From: a virus
Taxonomy: Duplodnaviria; Caudoviricetes
DNA length: 42,151 bases
Virus record (IMG/VR): IMGVR_UViG_3300037604_000080
Location: 1-42,151 of that record
Reading direction: 5' to 3' (one strand)
The position numbers and the translations under genes were made by a program. Below, in pieces: positions 8,948 to 17,750 of this stretch. Under the pieces are notes generated by a model. That model saw only the letters and a list, made by a program, of their open reading frames with translations. It was not told the origin of the DNA and ran no database searches. Position 1 is the first letter of the stretch. Each line of letters starts with the position of its first letter.

Positions 8948-9057
8948 CCCCCGCCGCCTTTGCCGCTCTTCTCTTCCTCGCCGCCCTGATCGGTGCGCTT
9001 GCCGGGTTCGGCGCGGGCTGCCTGGCGGCGCGGATGATCCGGCAGGGGCGGCTGTGA
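8944..9057 (+). CDS. 37-aa single-TM peptide (MTPAAFAALLFLAALIGALAGFGAGCLAARMIRQGRL), not in the ORF track
   Basis: ATGA overlap with the cro stop; GGAG RBS; hydrophobic. Confidence 0.55.
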   Translation: MTPAAFAALLFLAALIGALAGFGAGCLAARMIRQGRL

Positions 9058-9129
9058 TCTCGGTCTGTCTGTCCCATACCCGCATGTTTCCCGCATCGCG
9101 CGCGGATGCACAGGAAACGAGGTTTCCGG

Positions 9130-9561
9130 ATGAGTGACGCGCGCACCATCAATGCCGCCATGTCGGCGCTGATCGACGGCACCTTCGGCTGTCTCGACGC
9201 GGCTGCCGAGACGATCAATGCGCGGCTTGGCGGGCAGGTCGGCAAGGGCACCCTGTCCAAGTACCTGAGCGGGCAGTTGCAGTGGCCCCTGGCCTATGTC
9301 TGGGCGCTGGAGGATGCCGCCGGGCGCTACCCGGTCACGCGGATGATGGCCCGGCGGCTGAACCCCGACAGGGACCGTGCCTCGGGCCACCTGTTCGAAC
9401 ATGCCGGGGTCATCAGCAAGGAATCCGGCGAGGCCGTGGCGGCCATTCTTGCGGCCCAGCAATCGGACACCGCCCGCGACACGGGGCAGGCGATTGTCGA
9501 GGTCGACGAGGCGATCGAGGCGCTGACGGCGGCGCGGTCCAAGCTGGCGGGGTGCCCATGA
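9130..9561 (+). CDS. CII-like phage regulatory protein
   Basis: Position after cro; HTH (VGKGTLSKY) plus KESGEAV.A..A helical C-terminus. Confidence 0.6.
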   Translation: MSDARTINAAMSALIDGTFGCLDAAAETINARLGGQVGKGTLSKYLSGQLQWPLAYVWALEDAAGRYPVTRMMARRLNPDRDRASGHLFEHAGVISKESGEAVAAILAAQQSDTARDTGQAIVEVDEAIEALTAARSKLAGCP

Positions 9562-9716
9562 TCTGCCCGCCCATCACTCACGGAATACCGGCGCTCGGGC
9601 ATGGCGCCGGTCAGCAGGCCGGGGGCGTGCAGACTCCTCCAAGGATCGTTTCCGGCCTGCGCTTCACCAGCTTTGGAACGGCGGGCCACTCCGGTTCCTC
9701 CCGGCCCGCCTCTCCG

Positions 9717-9971
9717 TCACTTGCGCGAAGCGAACAGGTCGCCGCCGATCATGTCGATGGCGCCTGTTCCAGCCCTGGGCCAGGCTTCACCGCGCAGGAC
9801 CTCGCCCACGCGGTTGGCGTTCGTGCCCAGGTGATGAACGATGTCGGTGTAGGGCACGCCCTGGCGCCGCATGATGTGAACCGTCAGGGCCTCATCAAAA
9901 TCGAGCGCCTTGCGGCGAATCGCGATATCGTTCAGGGGAACACCCGTTACCGGGTGCATCAGAATAGCCAT
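9717..9971 (-). CDS. Antisense-oriented small HTH protein
   Basis: Strong GGAAGGAG RBS; VPYTDIVHHLGTNANRVGEVLRG HTH; upstream minus-strand TTGACG near 10134-10139. Confidence 0.7.
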   Translation of the reverse strand: MAILMHPVTGVPLNDIAIRRKALDFDEALTVHIMRRQGVPYTDIVHHLGTNANRVGEVLRGEAWPRAGTGAIDMIGGDLFASRK

Positions 9972-10247
9972 GGAAATTCTCCTTCCGTGGTTATGGCGGA
10001 GGCTGGCCGATGTGAGAGTGGGCCGGTATCCGCAGTGGGCCGCGATGTGTGTGTCGCGGTTTCACAGGCCGGGCGTCTTGAGTGGAATCGGACGCCCGGT
10101 CCAATTCCAATAATCCCCGGCCTTTGGTCTGCGCGTCAAGATGTTGTCGCGGGGCGTATCACCCCATGCCGGATATTGCGTTCCAAGGTCACTTCCCTGC
10201 GCGCTTCTGCCTCGTCTTGCGCGCGGCACTTGCCCCGGCGGTTCTTC

Positions 10248-10532
10248 ATGGCCGCCGGGGCCTTTCTGTTGCTGGCCTCCGGCGTGGAGGCGCAGGCGGT
10301 GCAGGGCTGCGCGGAGCGTGACCGGATCAAGGTCGACCTGGCGGAAGGGTTCGGCCAGCGCCGGGTCGCCGTGATGCTGTCGCAGGGATCGGTCGTGGAA
10401 ATCTACGCCCACCCCGAGCTGGGCGAATGGACGGCGCTGCGGGTCGGGCCGGATGGCCTGGCCTGCGTGATCGACTTTGGCGAGGTGTTCTTTGCCGTCG
10501 ATGACCGCCCGCCGGAGGGGGATCCGCTGTGA
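10248..10532 (+). CDS. Small secreted protein
   Basis: Signal peptide; C..R...L...fG...VEIYA....GEWT......G.AC pattern seen in small alphaproteobacterial proteins. Start uncertain. Confidence 0.6.
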   Translation: MAAGAFLLLASGVEAQAVQGCAERDRIKVDLAEGFGQRRVAVMLSQGSVVEIYAHPELGEWTALRVGPDGLACVIDFGEVFFAVDDRPPEGDPL

Positions 10533-10936
10533 AGGACCTCGTCGAAAACAGGCCGGGATTCGAGGCGCTGCGGGCGCATGTGGCCGGGATGTCCGACGCC
10601 GATGCGGTCGACCATCTGTTGTATGTCGTCAGCGAGCTGCTGGGCGACAGTGAGCCTCTTGTAGGGTTGGGCCTGCCACGCCTGACCGCGAAAGAAGCGG
10701 CGTTGATGCGGTTCCTGCTGGCGCGCGAGGGCTGGGTGGTGACGCGGGCCCAGCTGCTGACGGCGCTTTGGCCGGACGGCGACGAGCCGATGCCCCTGGC
10801 GGTCGATCAGATCGTCCTGCGCCTGCGCCGCAAGCTGCCGCCCGATTTCAAGATCCGCAACACGCGCGACGTGGGCTTTGCCCTGCATCGTTGTGCCAGT
10901 GACCAAGAGGAGAGCCCATGCCAGCCCCATTCCTGA
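10529..10936 (+). CDS. Stand-alone OmpR/CtrA-type winged-helix DNA-binding protein
   Basis: LTAKEAALMRFLLAREGWVVTRAQLLTALWPDGDEP...VDQIVLRLRRKL...RDVGF (Trans_reg_C); no receiver domain. Confidence 0.8.
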   Translation: MKDLVENRPGFEALRAHVAGMSDADAVDHLLYVVSELLGDSEPLVGLGLPRLTAKEAALMRFLLAREGWVVTRAQLLTALWPDGDEPMPLAVDQIVLRLRRKLPPDFKIRNTRDVGFALHRCASDQEESPCQPHS

Positions 10937-11670
10937 ACCGTGACCGCCTGCGGCTGTTGCACGCGCGCGGGCTGAGCGATGCCGAGATCGCCGCCAAGCT
11001 GGGCGTGACAGGGCAGACGGTACAGCGTCACCGCCGCGTCCTGGGTCTGCCCAGCACATCGATCGCGAAGCTTTGGACGCCGGAAATGTTGGACGAGTTG
11101 CGCCGCCGGGCGGCGGCGGAAGAGACGGCGGCCCAGATCGCCGCGGCGATGGGCCTGCGGGAGGCGCAGGTGCGCGGCGCCTCCAAGAACCACCGGATCC
11201 CGCTGGGCGCGGCGCGATCTGCCGCGCAACGGGCGCTGCGCGCGCGGATCGCCGGGATGGTGCGCGAGGGCTGCACGCCGACGGGGATCGCACGCGAACT
11301 GGGCATGACCCCGAGATCCGTGCGCAGCCAGATCGACCGCATGCGCGCCCGGGGGGACCTGCCGCCGGCGGTGCGCTCTAAGCCAAAGCCAGAACCGGCG
11401 CCTGTTGCCACTTCCGGGCCGCTTGGTGCGCCGGTCGCGCGGCCCACGCCGCGTCCCGTGATGCGGTTGCCGGCGGAGGCGCGGTCTGCCGTGTCCGACT
11501 TGCGGCAGGGGCGACTGGCCCGGCTGGCGGAGCGGCATGGCGCGGATCTGGTGCAGGCTTTGGCCGCCCTCGGGCGGCAGCGGGTTTATGCCCGGCTCCG
11601 CGAGGTGGCGCAGGTTCACCGCGTGCCGGTCCGCACGGCGGAAGTCATCTGGCACCAGGTGCGGCCATGA
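10918..11670 (+). CDS. Multi-HTH protein with GcrA-like repeat
   Basis: GLSDAEIAAKLGVT, WTPEMLDEL...TAAQIAAAMG and TPTGIARELGMT. Confidence 0.7.
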   Translation: MPAPFLNRDRLRLLHARGLSDAEIAAKLGVTGQTVQRHRRVLGLPSTSIAKLWTPEMLDELRRRAAAEETAAQIAAAMGLREAQVRGASKNHRIPLGAARSAAQRALRARIAGMVREGCTPTGIARELGMTPRSVRSQIDRMRARGDLPPAVRSKPKPEPAPVATSGPLGAPVARPTPRPVMRLPAEARSAVSDLRQGRLARLAERHGADLVQALAALGRQRVYARLREVAQVHRVPVRTAEVIWHQVRP

Positions 11671-11918
11671 GTGGGGTGGCTGGGTGTTACCACACCAATC
11701 CGTTCCCGACCCGCGCGGAGGATGAACGGGTGCTGTCGATCCTCGACGTGATCTCGCACGAGGGCGCCAAGGCAGCGCGCGCGCGGTTTGGCCTGACCAA
11801 CGCGGCTGTTCAGGGCATGCGGACGCGGTTCCTGAACCCGAAGTACCAGCCCGAGGACAAGTGTCGCCGGAAAGCGAACCGTGACGGCGGGATGCCGCGC
11901 CGCTGGTGGGCCTCATGA
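11667..11918 (+). CDS. Hypothetical protein, HTH-like
   Basis: Coupled overlaps; ARFGLTNAAVQGMR resembles the GcrA recognition helix. Confidence 0.55.
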   Translation: MSGVAGCYHTNPFPTRAEDERVLSILDVISHEGAKAARARFGLTNAAVQGMRTRFLNPKYQPEDKCRRKANRDGGMPRRWWAS

Positions 11919-12154
11919 GCGCGCCGGGTGTCATGCGGCTCGTGGTGCCTCTGGCGCATCTGCGCGTGAAGCTGGTGCTGGAAGGCGGGCAGGGGACGTT
12001 TGGCGTCTTTGCGGCGCCCGACAGTCCCGCGCCGGACAAGGTGCTGCTGAGCGGCATGGTGAGCGGGGACGAGGGGCTGACCTCTGCCGGGCTGTTCGAG
12101 TTGGCGGTGCAGGTGGCGGTTTTCGAGAAGGCGATGGCGGAGGATGCGGGATGA
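11915..12154 (+). CDS. Hypothetical protein
   Basis: ATGA overlaps on both sides. Confidence 0.55.
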   Translation: MSAPGVMRLVVPLAHLRVKLVLEGGQGTFGVFAAPDSPAPDKVLLSGMVSGDEGLTSAGLFELAVQVAVFEKAMAEDAG

Positions 12155-12339
12155 GCAATTCCAACGCAGCCAAAAGGCTGGTCTTGGTAGGTGCGCTGTC
12201 GGCGTATCTGCCCCGCGTACTCGGCCCGGACTTGGCGCCCGTGAGATGCGATCCGAAAAAATCGCCGAGCCATTCCAAGCGGGCCAAGGTCAAGGCATCG
12301 CGGAAACAGCGGCGAAAGCAAAAGGGCCGGCGCGCATGA
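12151..12339 (+). CDS. Small basic hypothetical protein
   Basis: GGAGG RBS; ATGA overlaps; K/R-rich C-terminus. Confidence 0.5.
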   Translation: MSNSNAAKRLVLVGALSAYLPRVLGPDLAPVRCDPKKSPSHSKRAKVKASRKQRRKQKGRRA

Positions 12340-12617
12340 CCCCGCGCGCGCGGTTCGTCATCTGCGCCGCCGCGCTGGCGGCCAACCGGGGCGGGATGTC
12401 CTGGGATTCGCACCTTCTGTCGCCGCTGGCCTCGGCCTGCGAGGCGCTGCCGGGCCTGCCTGCGGGTGACGCCCTGGGGCCGGTGCGCGGGGCCTGTGAG
12501 GCCCTGTTGGCGGCGCGTCTGGCCGGGGATGCCCTTGCCTATGGCGAGGCCAAGGATGCGCTGCAGCTGCGGCTGGCGGCTTACTGGGCCTTGAAGGTGC
12601 GGGAGGTGGCGGCGTGA
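12336..12617 (+). CDS. Hypothetical protein
   Basis: Coupled overlaps with neighbours. Confidence 0.55.
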   Translation: MTPRARFVICAAALAANRGGMSWDSHLLSPLASACEALPGLPAGDALGPVRGACEALLAARLAGDALAYGEAKDALQLRLAAYWALKVREVAA

Positions 12618-13294
12618 GCCACAAGGCGACCAACTGGCTGTCCGACATCGACCCGGCGTTGCTGTCGGCCTCGGAGTTCCGGGTGCTGTTCTATCTCTGC
12701 GACTGTCACAACGCCAGCGCGGGGTGCTTCCCCTCGCAGGCCTACCTGCGCGAGCGCGCCGCCGTGTCGAACGGCACGGTCAACAACGTGCTCAACAGCC
12801 TGGAGACCAAGGGGCTGATCCAGCGCCACCAGAGCCGGGACGGACGGACGAAACGCCAGTGCCCGACCCGCTACATCTTGGGGTTTGAGATGGGCAAACC
12901 GCAAGAGCCGACTCCAGATACTGGAGACGGAAACGGGGGCAAATCGGGCGGCGGATCGGCGGCGAAAAAGCCCCGAAAACCGGGCAAGCCGTCTCCAGAA
13001 ACTGGAGTCGGAGCCGACTCCAATCTGAGGGGCGACCCGACTCCAATTTCGGGGGCGACCCGTCTCCAGCCCACTGGAGAGGAACCTGTAAGTAACCAGG
13101 AAATAACCAGCGCGGGCGCGCGCGAGGCGGCGGATTTCAACCCGATGGTGGCGAAATCGGCGGAGCGGGCGGTGGCCGATTGGCGACGGGGACGGACGGA
13201 GGCTTTTGCCGACCTACAGCCCTGGGTGCTGGCGCACATCGTTTCGGCAAACCTCCTGACCGATCAAGAGCGGCAGGCGGCGGGCCTTGGCTGA
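12614..13294 (+). CDS. Replication initiator (lambda O-like, N-terminal wHTH)
   Basis: VLFYLCD.HN...GCFPSQAYL.....VSNGTV...LNSLETKGLI; contains internal iterons. Confidence 0.8.
   Translation: MSHKATNWLSDIDPALLSASEFRVLFYLCDCHNASAGCFPSQAYLRERAAVSNGTVNNVLNSLETKGLIQRHQSRDGRTKRQCPTRYILGFEMGKPQEPTPDTGDGNGGKSGGGSAAKKPRKPGKPSPETGVGADSNLRGDPTPISGATRLQPTGEEPVSNQEITSAGAREAADFNPMVAKSAERAVADWRRGRTEAFADLQPWVLAHIVSANLLTDQERQAAGLG
12910..13081. repeat. Replication origin iterons (five copies, G[A/T]CTCCA-led, partly palindromic)
   Basis: Copies start at 12910, 12991, 13016, 13039 and 13062; the last three are spaced 23 bp apart. They lie inside the initiator gene, as in lambda O. Confidence 0.75.
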
Positions 13295-13892
13295 GAAAAG
13301 GGGAAAGGCGATGACGGGCAGTGACACAATCGAGACGAAGCGCGGGCGGGTGCGGGAAGCGCTGGTCGCGGGGCTGGGGTTCCGGTTTCCCAAGGGGGTG
13401 AAGCCCGAGGATGCCAAGCGCAAGCTGGACCGGATCTGCGATGACCTGGTCTATCTCTCGTCCGAGAACCTGCGGCGGGTGATCGGCGCGCTGCGGACCA
13501 AGGGCGAGGGCACGGCCAAGTGTTTCTGGCCGGATCGCGCGACCTTCCTCGCCTTTGCCGAGATCGCCCAGCCCCGGGCGCTGGAGGACACGCCGGGCGT
13601 GGCGTCGTGGTTCGCCAGTGCCGCCGGGCGCGAGGCGCTGGCGGAGGATCGGCTGGTGTCCGAGTTCCTGTTCTGGGAGCGGATGAAGCGCCCGCCGCAG
13701 TCCAAGGGCGACAATCTGCGTGTTACCGAGGATGCGCGCGAGATGGCCGCGCGGCTGCGCCGGGCGCGGGCGGATCGCGAGGCCGGGCGCGCGCCGTTCA
13801 TGGACGATGCCGAGTGGCTGACCTGGTACGAGGGGCTGGAGGCGAGGGCGCGGGCCCTGGTCGAGGCGGGCAAGCGCGGTGCGGCGGCATGA
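13287..13892 (+). CDS. Hypothetical replication-module protein (lambda P position)
   Basis: Follows the initiator; phage-like codon usage. Start may be the ATG at 13311. Confidence 0.65.
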   Translation: MAEKRGKAMTGSDTIETKRGRVREALVAGLGFRFPKGVKPEDAKRKLDRICDDLVYLSSENLRRVIGALRTKGEGTAKCFWPDRATFLAFAEIAQPRALEDTPGVASWFASAAGREALAEDRLVSEFLFWERMKRPPQSKGDNLRVTEDAREMAARLRRARADREAGRAPFMDDAEWLTWYEGLEARARALVEAGKRGAAA

Positions 13893-14590
13893 TGGCCTAT
13901 CGCGGGATCGGGGCGCGGGCGGCGGTGCAGGCGGAGGGTGTCGGGCGCTGTGGTCAGCCGGTCGGGCCGGACGGGCGCGAGCGGGTCAGCGTGCGGCTGT
14001 TGCTGGAATGGGCCTTCGCGCGTGAGAAGGCGGCGCTGGAGTACGACGAGGTTGGCGGTGGGGTCTCTGTCGGCTGTGACTCGACGCGGCGGATCATGGA
14101 GGCGATGGCCCTGTCCACGGGTGAGCCGGGGTCGTGCCTGCGTGTCGATCAGTCCGGTGGGCGCAGCCTGCCGCACCATGATGCCGAGGTTGTGGTCAGC
14201 GTGCTGCGGCGGTCGGTGCCCTGGTCGGTGGCGGTGCAGGTGGCGGAACTGGCGCGGACCTGTGCCTGCCCGCGCTGGGACATCGGGCCTCAGCGGATGG
14301 TGCCGAGGGCGTGGGGCAACAGGAACCGGCACGGCGTCCAGGGGAAGAAAGAGAAGATCGGGGAGGTGCTGACCTTGAAGCCGCGGCGCGGGTTGGTGCG
14401 TGAGCCCGTCTTGTGGACGCCGGTCACGGTCGAGCCGACCGCGTCCCAGATCGCGGCGGCGCGTCGGCGGTATCTCGACTGGCGCGGGGCACTGATGGAC
14501 GTGCAGGCGGGTCTGCGCGGGGTGACTTTCGACCTCTTCGAGTTGACGGAGGCGCTGCCTGCGGTGGCGCCCTGGTCGAAAATGGGTTGA
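13889..14590 (+). CDS. Putative late-gene regulator (Q position)
   Basis: Last early gene, immediately followed by a promoter and hairpin terminator before the packaging genes. Function inferred from position only. Confidence 0.55.
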   Translation: MMAYRGIGARAAVQAEGVGRCGQPVGPDGRERVSVRLLLEWAFAREKAALEYDEVGGGVSVGCDSTRRIMEAMALSTGEPGSCLRVDQSGGRSLPHHDAEVVVSVLRRSVPWSVAVQVAELARTCACPRWDIGPQRMVPRAWGNRNRHGVQGKKEKIGEVLTLKPRRGLVREPVLWTPVTVEPTASQIAAARRRYLDWRGALMDVQAGLRGVTFDLFELTEALPAVAPWSKMG

Positions 14591-14616
14591 CGAATTTCTA
14601 GGTCTGTTGACATAGT
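14587..14616 (+). promoter_or_regulatory. Late promoter (pR'-like)
   Basis: TTGACG-N18-CATAGT in a locally AT-rich patch. Confidence 0.55.
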
Positions 14617-14632
14617 GTCGTTGAACCAAAGT

Positions 14633-14671
14633 GCGCCCGGGGCAGAGATGCCGCCGGGCGCTTCTCGTTTC
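14633..14671 (+). terminator. Intrinsic terminator (tR'-like)
   Basis: GCGCCCGG-GGCA-GAGA-TGCC-G-CCGGGCGC stem followed by TTCTCGTTT. Confidence 0.6.
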
Positions 14672-14770
14672 GGGATACCCCGAGCGCGCCAGCCGACAGG
14701 CGCGAGCAGAGCCGGGGCGCTGCAGCGGCTGGGCGGCGCCCCATCCCCCGGCGAGATGTCAAGCGAAAGC

Positions 14771-14890
14771 GGGTCCTTCCGGCGAAATAGCCGTATACGG
14801 GGGCGCTAGGCGCATGGGTTTCGCGGCGGTAAACTAAATGGAAAGCCTAAACATAACGGATGTTTAGAAGCCGTGACACGGTTTAGGCGG
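14771..14890 (+). other. cos packaging site (cosQ, cosN, cosB)
   Basis: GGGTCCT at 14771 is identical to lambda cosQ. It is followed at lambda-like spacing by TACGG-GGGCGCTAGGCG-CATGGGTTTCGC, then CTAAAC/GTTTAG repeats, directly before terS. Confidence 0.75.
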
Positions 14891-14901
14891 GCAGGAAAGG
14901 C

Positions 14902-15531
14902 ATGAGCGGACTGACGGCGACACAACTGGCGACAAAGCTGGACCTGAGCAAAGGCCGCATCAGCCAACTGGTGACCGAAGGAAAGCTCGACGGGTGCTAC
15001 AAGGGGGACGGGCGGTCGCGCCGGTTTGACCTGGCGGCCTGCGCAAATGCGCTGAACAGGAAGCTGGACCCGGGCCAGATGATGGGGAACGGCGCCCGGA
15101 CCAGGCAGACGCTGCGCGAGATCGAGGAAACCGATTCTCCGGTTGAGGCTCCGCAGGATGTGCCCGAGCGGGACTCGGCGCCGCTGCGGACTACCGACCA
15201 GGCCCGCTATGAAATGGCTCGGACGCTCAAGGCCGAGGAAGAGGCCCGGAAGCTGCGCCGCCTCAACGCCCAGGACGACGGGACGCTGGTCTTGGCAGAT
15301 CAGGCGGGGCGCGAAGCCCGGCGCGCGCTGGCGGCGGAACTGGCCCAGTTCGAGAACGTGTTGCGGAATGCGGCGCGGGCGGTGGCCGACAAGATGGGGG
15401 TCGACTTCAAGACGGCCAGGCAGATCATGATCGACGTCTGGCGCGAGCATCGCGGTGCCCGGGCGCAGCAGCTCGACCACGAGGCCGAGGCGGCAGAGAT
15501 GGTGCCGGAAGAACAGGACGCCGATTTCTGA
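14902..15531 (+). CDS. Terminase small subunit (Nu1-like)
   Basis: N-terminal wHTH LTATQLATKLDLSKGRISQLV; coiled coil; position. Confidence 0.8.
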   Translation: MSGLTATQLATKLDLSKGRISQLVTEGKLDGCYKGDGRSRRFDLAACANALNRKLDPGQMMGNGARTRQTLREIEETDSPVEAPQDVPERDSAPLRTTDQARYEMARTLKAEEEARKLRRLNAQDDGTLVLADQAGREARRALAAELAQFENVLRNAARAVADKMGVDFKTARQIMIDVWREHRGARAQQLDHEAEAAEMVPEEQDADF

Positions 15532-15532
15532 G

Positions 15533-17530
15533 ATGGGCTTCCTGACCTCGGCGCGGGCCGTCATCGCCTCGGCGATGGCCGATGCCATGCGCCCGCCGCC
15601 ACCGCCCGACATCACGCGCTGGTGCCGGGAGAACATCGTCTTCGACGAGCGGTCGCCGTTTCCCGGCCCGTTCTCGATCCGTCCGGTGCAGTTCCTGGCG
15701 GAGATCCACGCGGTGCTGAGCCCGGAGCATCCCTGCCGGGAAGTGACGCTGCGGGGATCGGCCCAGATCGCCAAGACGGAATCGGTGATCAACCCGACCG
15801 TGGCGGCCTGGCATGAATACATGCCGCTCAATTCGCTGGTGGTGCACCCGACGAACAAGGCGGCCACCGACTGGATCGACCAGAAGTGGTATCCGATCCG
15901 CCGGGCGGCGCCGTCCCTGCGGCGGATGTTCGGGCGCGGCGGCGGGGCCGACAAGAACAGCGACGCCAAGTTCCGGCAGGAAACGCTGGACCGGTCCGGC
16001 ATCCTGAAGGTGACCAGCGCCGGGTCGCCGGATGACCTGGCGCAGACCTCGCACCGGCTGGTGGTCATGGACGACCTGTCGAAGTTCGAGATGCACGCCA
16101 AGGGCGATCCCGAGGCAATGGCGGTCAGTCGGGCCGCCGCCTTCGAGGATGCGAAGATCTTGCGCGCCTCGACATCTCAGATCCTCGGGGCCTGCCGGAT
16201 CAGCGCCGCCTTCGCGCGGTCGGACCAACGGTTCTACAACGTGCCATGCCCGCATTGCGGCAACATGGCGCCGCTGACCTGGGAGAACTTCAAGAAGCGG
16301 ATCGACCCGCAGAACCTGGCCGACGCGCATTTCAACTGCGAGGCCTGCGGCTGCGAGATCCGGCATTCGGACAAGCCGGCACTGATCGCGAACGGCAAGT
16401 GGGTGGCGACGAACCCGCGCGGCGATCACCCGGGGTTTCACCTGTGGCGGGCCTACGGTCCGCAGCGGGACTGGGCCTCGATCGCCTACGAATACGCGCA
16501 GGTCATGGGCTGGACCACGGCCAAGATCAGCGGCGAAACGGAACAGGAGCTGCGCGACCAGGTCGAGGCAGAGACGGAACAGACGTTCTGGAACGATGTC
16601 CTGGGCCTGCCCTACGAACAGGCCAGCAAGGGGCCGGACTGGGAAAAGCTGCGCGACCGGGTCGAGAACGTGCCGGATGGCGAGGGGCGCGGCGTCGGCA
16701 TCGTGCCGGCGCGGGGCGTGATCCTGACAGCGGGTGTGGACTGTCAGCTCGACCGGACAGAGGTGCAGGTCGTGGCCTACGGCGCGAACTACCAGCGCTG
16801 GGTCGTCGACTACCGGGTGATCCCGCATCACATCGGCAGCGAAGAGGGGCGGGCGGCGCTGGATGCGCTGCTGAAAACGACCTGGCGGACCGAGAAGGGG
16901 CACCGCCTGCCGCTGGACCGCATGGCCATCGACGGCGGCACCTACACAGAGGATGTCTGGGCCTTCGCCAAGCGTTGGCAGGCCAAGCGCCTGATCGTGG
17001 TCAAGGGTGGCTCCGGCCAGACCGGGCCGATCATGAAGCGGATGGTCATGGGCGACCGGAAGGACGCCCGGGCCCGCGCCGCGCGGAGACAGGGGCGGAT
17101 CCTGAATGTCTCGCAGCTGAAGGCGGATTTCTACACCTGGCTGGGCAAGGACGATCCGCTGGCGCGCGGGTTCGTGCATTTCGCGAAGGGCCTGGGGGAT
17201 GAATATTTCCGCCAGATCACTTCGGAGGTGCGGGTGCTCAAACGCGACCGGGTCGGCGTGATGGTCAGCAACTGGCAGTTGGTGGAACCGACGCGGCGAA
17301 ACGAGGGACTGGACACGATGATCTACTCGGACGCGGCGGCGCGCGAGCTGGGTTGGACCTCGATGACCAGGGAGCAATGGGCCGCCTTGGAGGCGGAACG
17401 CGGGGTCGAGGCCCCGGAAGATCAACCGGACCTGTTCGAGACACAGGCCGCCGTCCAGGTGGCCCCGGTCGAGGATGGGGTCGCAACGGTACAGACACGC
17501 CAGCGCGGGCTGCGCGGGCGGGCAAGGTAA
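15533..17530 (+). CDS. Terminase large subunit, lambda gpA family
   Basis: Walker A GSAQIAKTE, Walker B VVMDD, CPHC/CEAC Zn motifs, nuclease AGVD and NEGLD. Confidence 0.93.
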   Translation: MGFLTSARAVIASAMADAMRPPPPPDITRWCRENIVFDERSPFPGPFSIRPVQFLAEIHAVLSPEHPCREVTLRGSAQIAKTESVINPTVAAWHEYMPLNSLVVHPTNKAATDWIDQKWYPIRRAAPSLRRMFGRGGGADKNSDAKFRQETLDRSGILKVTSAGSPDDLAQTSHRLVVMDDLSKFEMHAKGDPEAMAVSRAAAFEDAKILRASTSQILGACRISAAFARSDQRFYNVPCPHCGNMAPLTWENFKKRIDPQNLADAHFNCEACGCEIRHSDKPALIANGKWVATNPRGDHPGFHLWRAYGPQRDWASIAYEYAQVMGWTTAKISGETEQELRDQVEAETEQTFWNDVLGLPYEQASKGPDWEKLRDRVENVPDGEGRGVGIVPARGVILTAGVDCQLDRTEVQVVAYGANYQRWVVDYRVIPHHIGSEEGRAALDALLKTTWRTEKGHRLPLDRMAIDGGTYTEDVWAFAKRWQAKRLIVVKGGSGQTGPIMKRMVMGDRKDARARAARRQGRILNVSQLKADFYTWLGKDDPLARGFVHFAKGLGDEYFRQITSEVRVLKRDRVGVMVSNWQLVEPTRRNEGLDTMIYSDAAARELGWTSMTREQWAALEAERGVEAPEDQPDLFETQAAVQVAPVEDGVATVQTRQRGLRGRAR

Positions 17531-17537
17531 GGATCAC

Positions 17538-17750
17538 ATGAGCGACATCGACTACGCGGCGCGGCTTGTCCTGGTGCAGGCAGCGATCAACGCGATTCTG
17601 ACCGGCAAGATGAAATCCTACGAGCTGGAAGGGCAGCGGGTGACCTACCTGGACCTGCCCGCCCTTCGGGCCGAGGAACAGCGGCTGATCACGCTCAAGA
17701 ACCGCGCGGCTGGCACGCGCAGCGCCTTCAAGCGCGGGGTCATGTCGTGA
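17538..17750 (+). CDS. gpW-like head-tail adaptor
   Basis: AINAILTG..SYELEGQRVTY.DL..LR; sits between terL and portal. Confidence 0.75.
   Translation: MSDIDYAARLVLVQAAINAILTGKMKSYELEGQRVTYLDLPALRAEEQRLITLKNRAAGTRSAFKRGVMS

Noticed and set aside
9282-10532. 416-aa plus-strand ORF as a single gene
   Set aside because: It overlaps the CII-like gene and a well-supported antisense gene; only the last ~95 aa look protein-like. The open frame is noted in findings.
12910-13081. Short regularly spaced partial palindromes resembling a mini CRISPR array
   Set aside because: The 23-bp period leaves no room for spacers, the repeats lie inside a coding initiator gene, and there are no cas genes. Iterons explain them better.
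14680-14770. Possible ncRNA between the late terminator and cos
   Set aside because: GC-rich pairing potential only; no recognisable family features.
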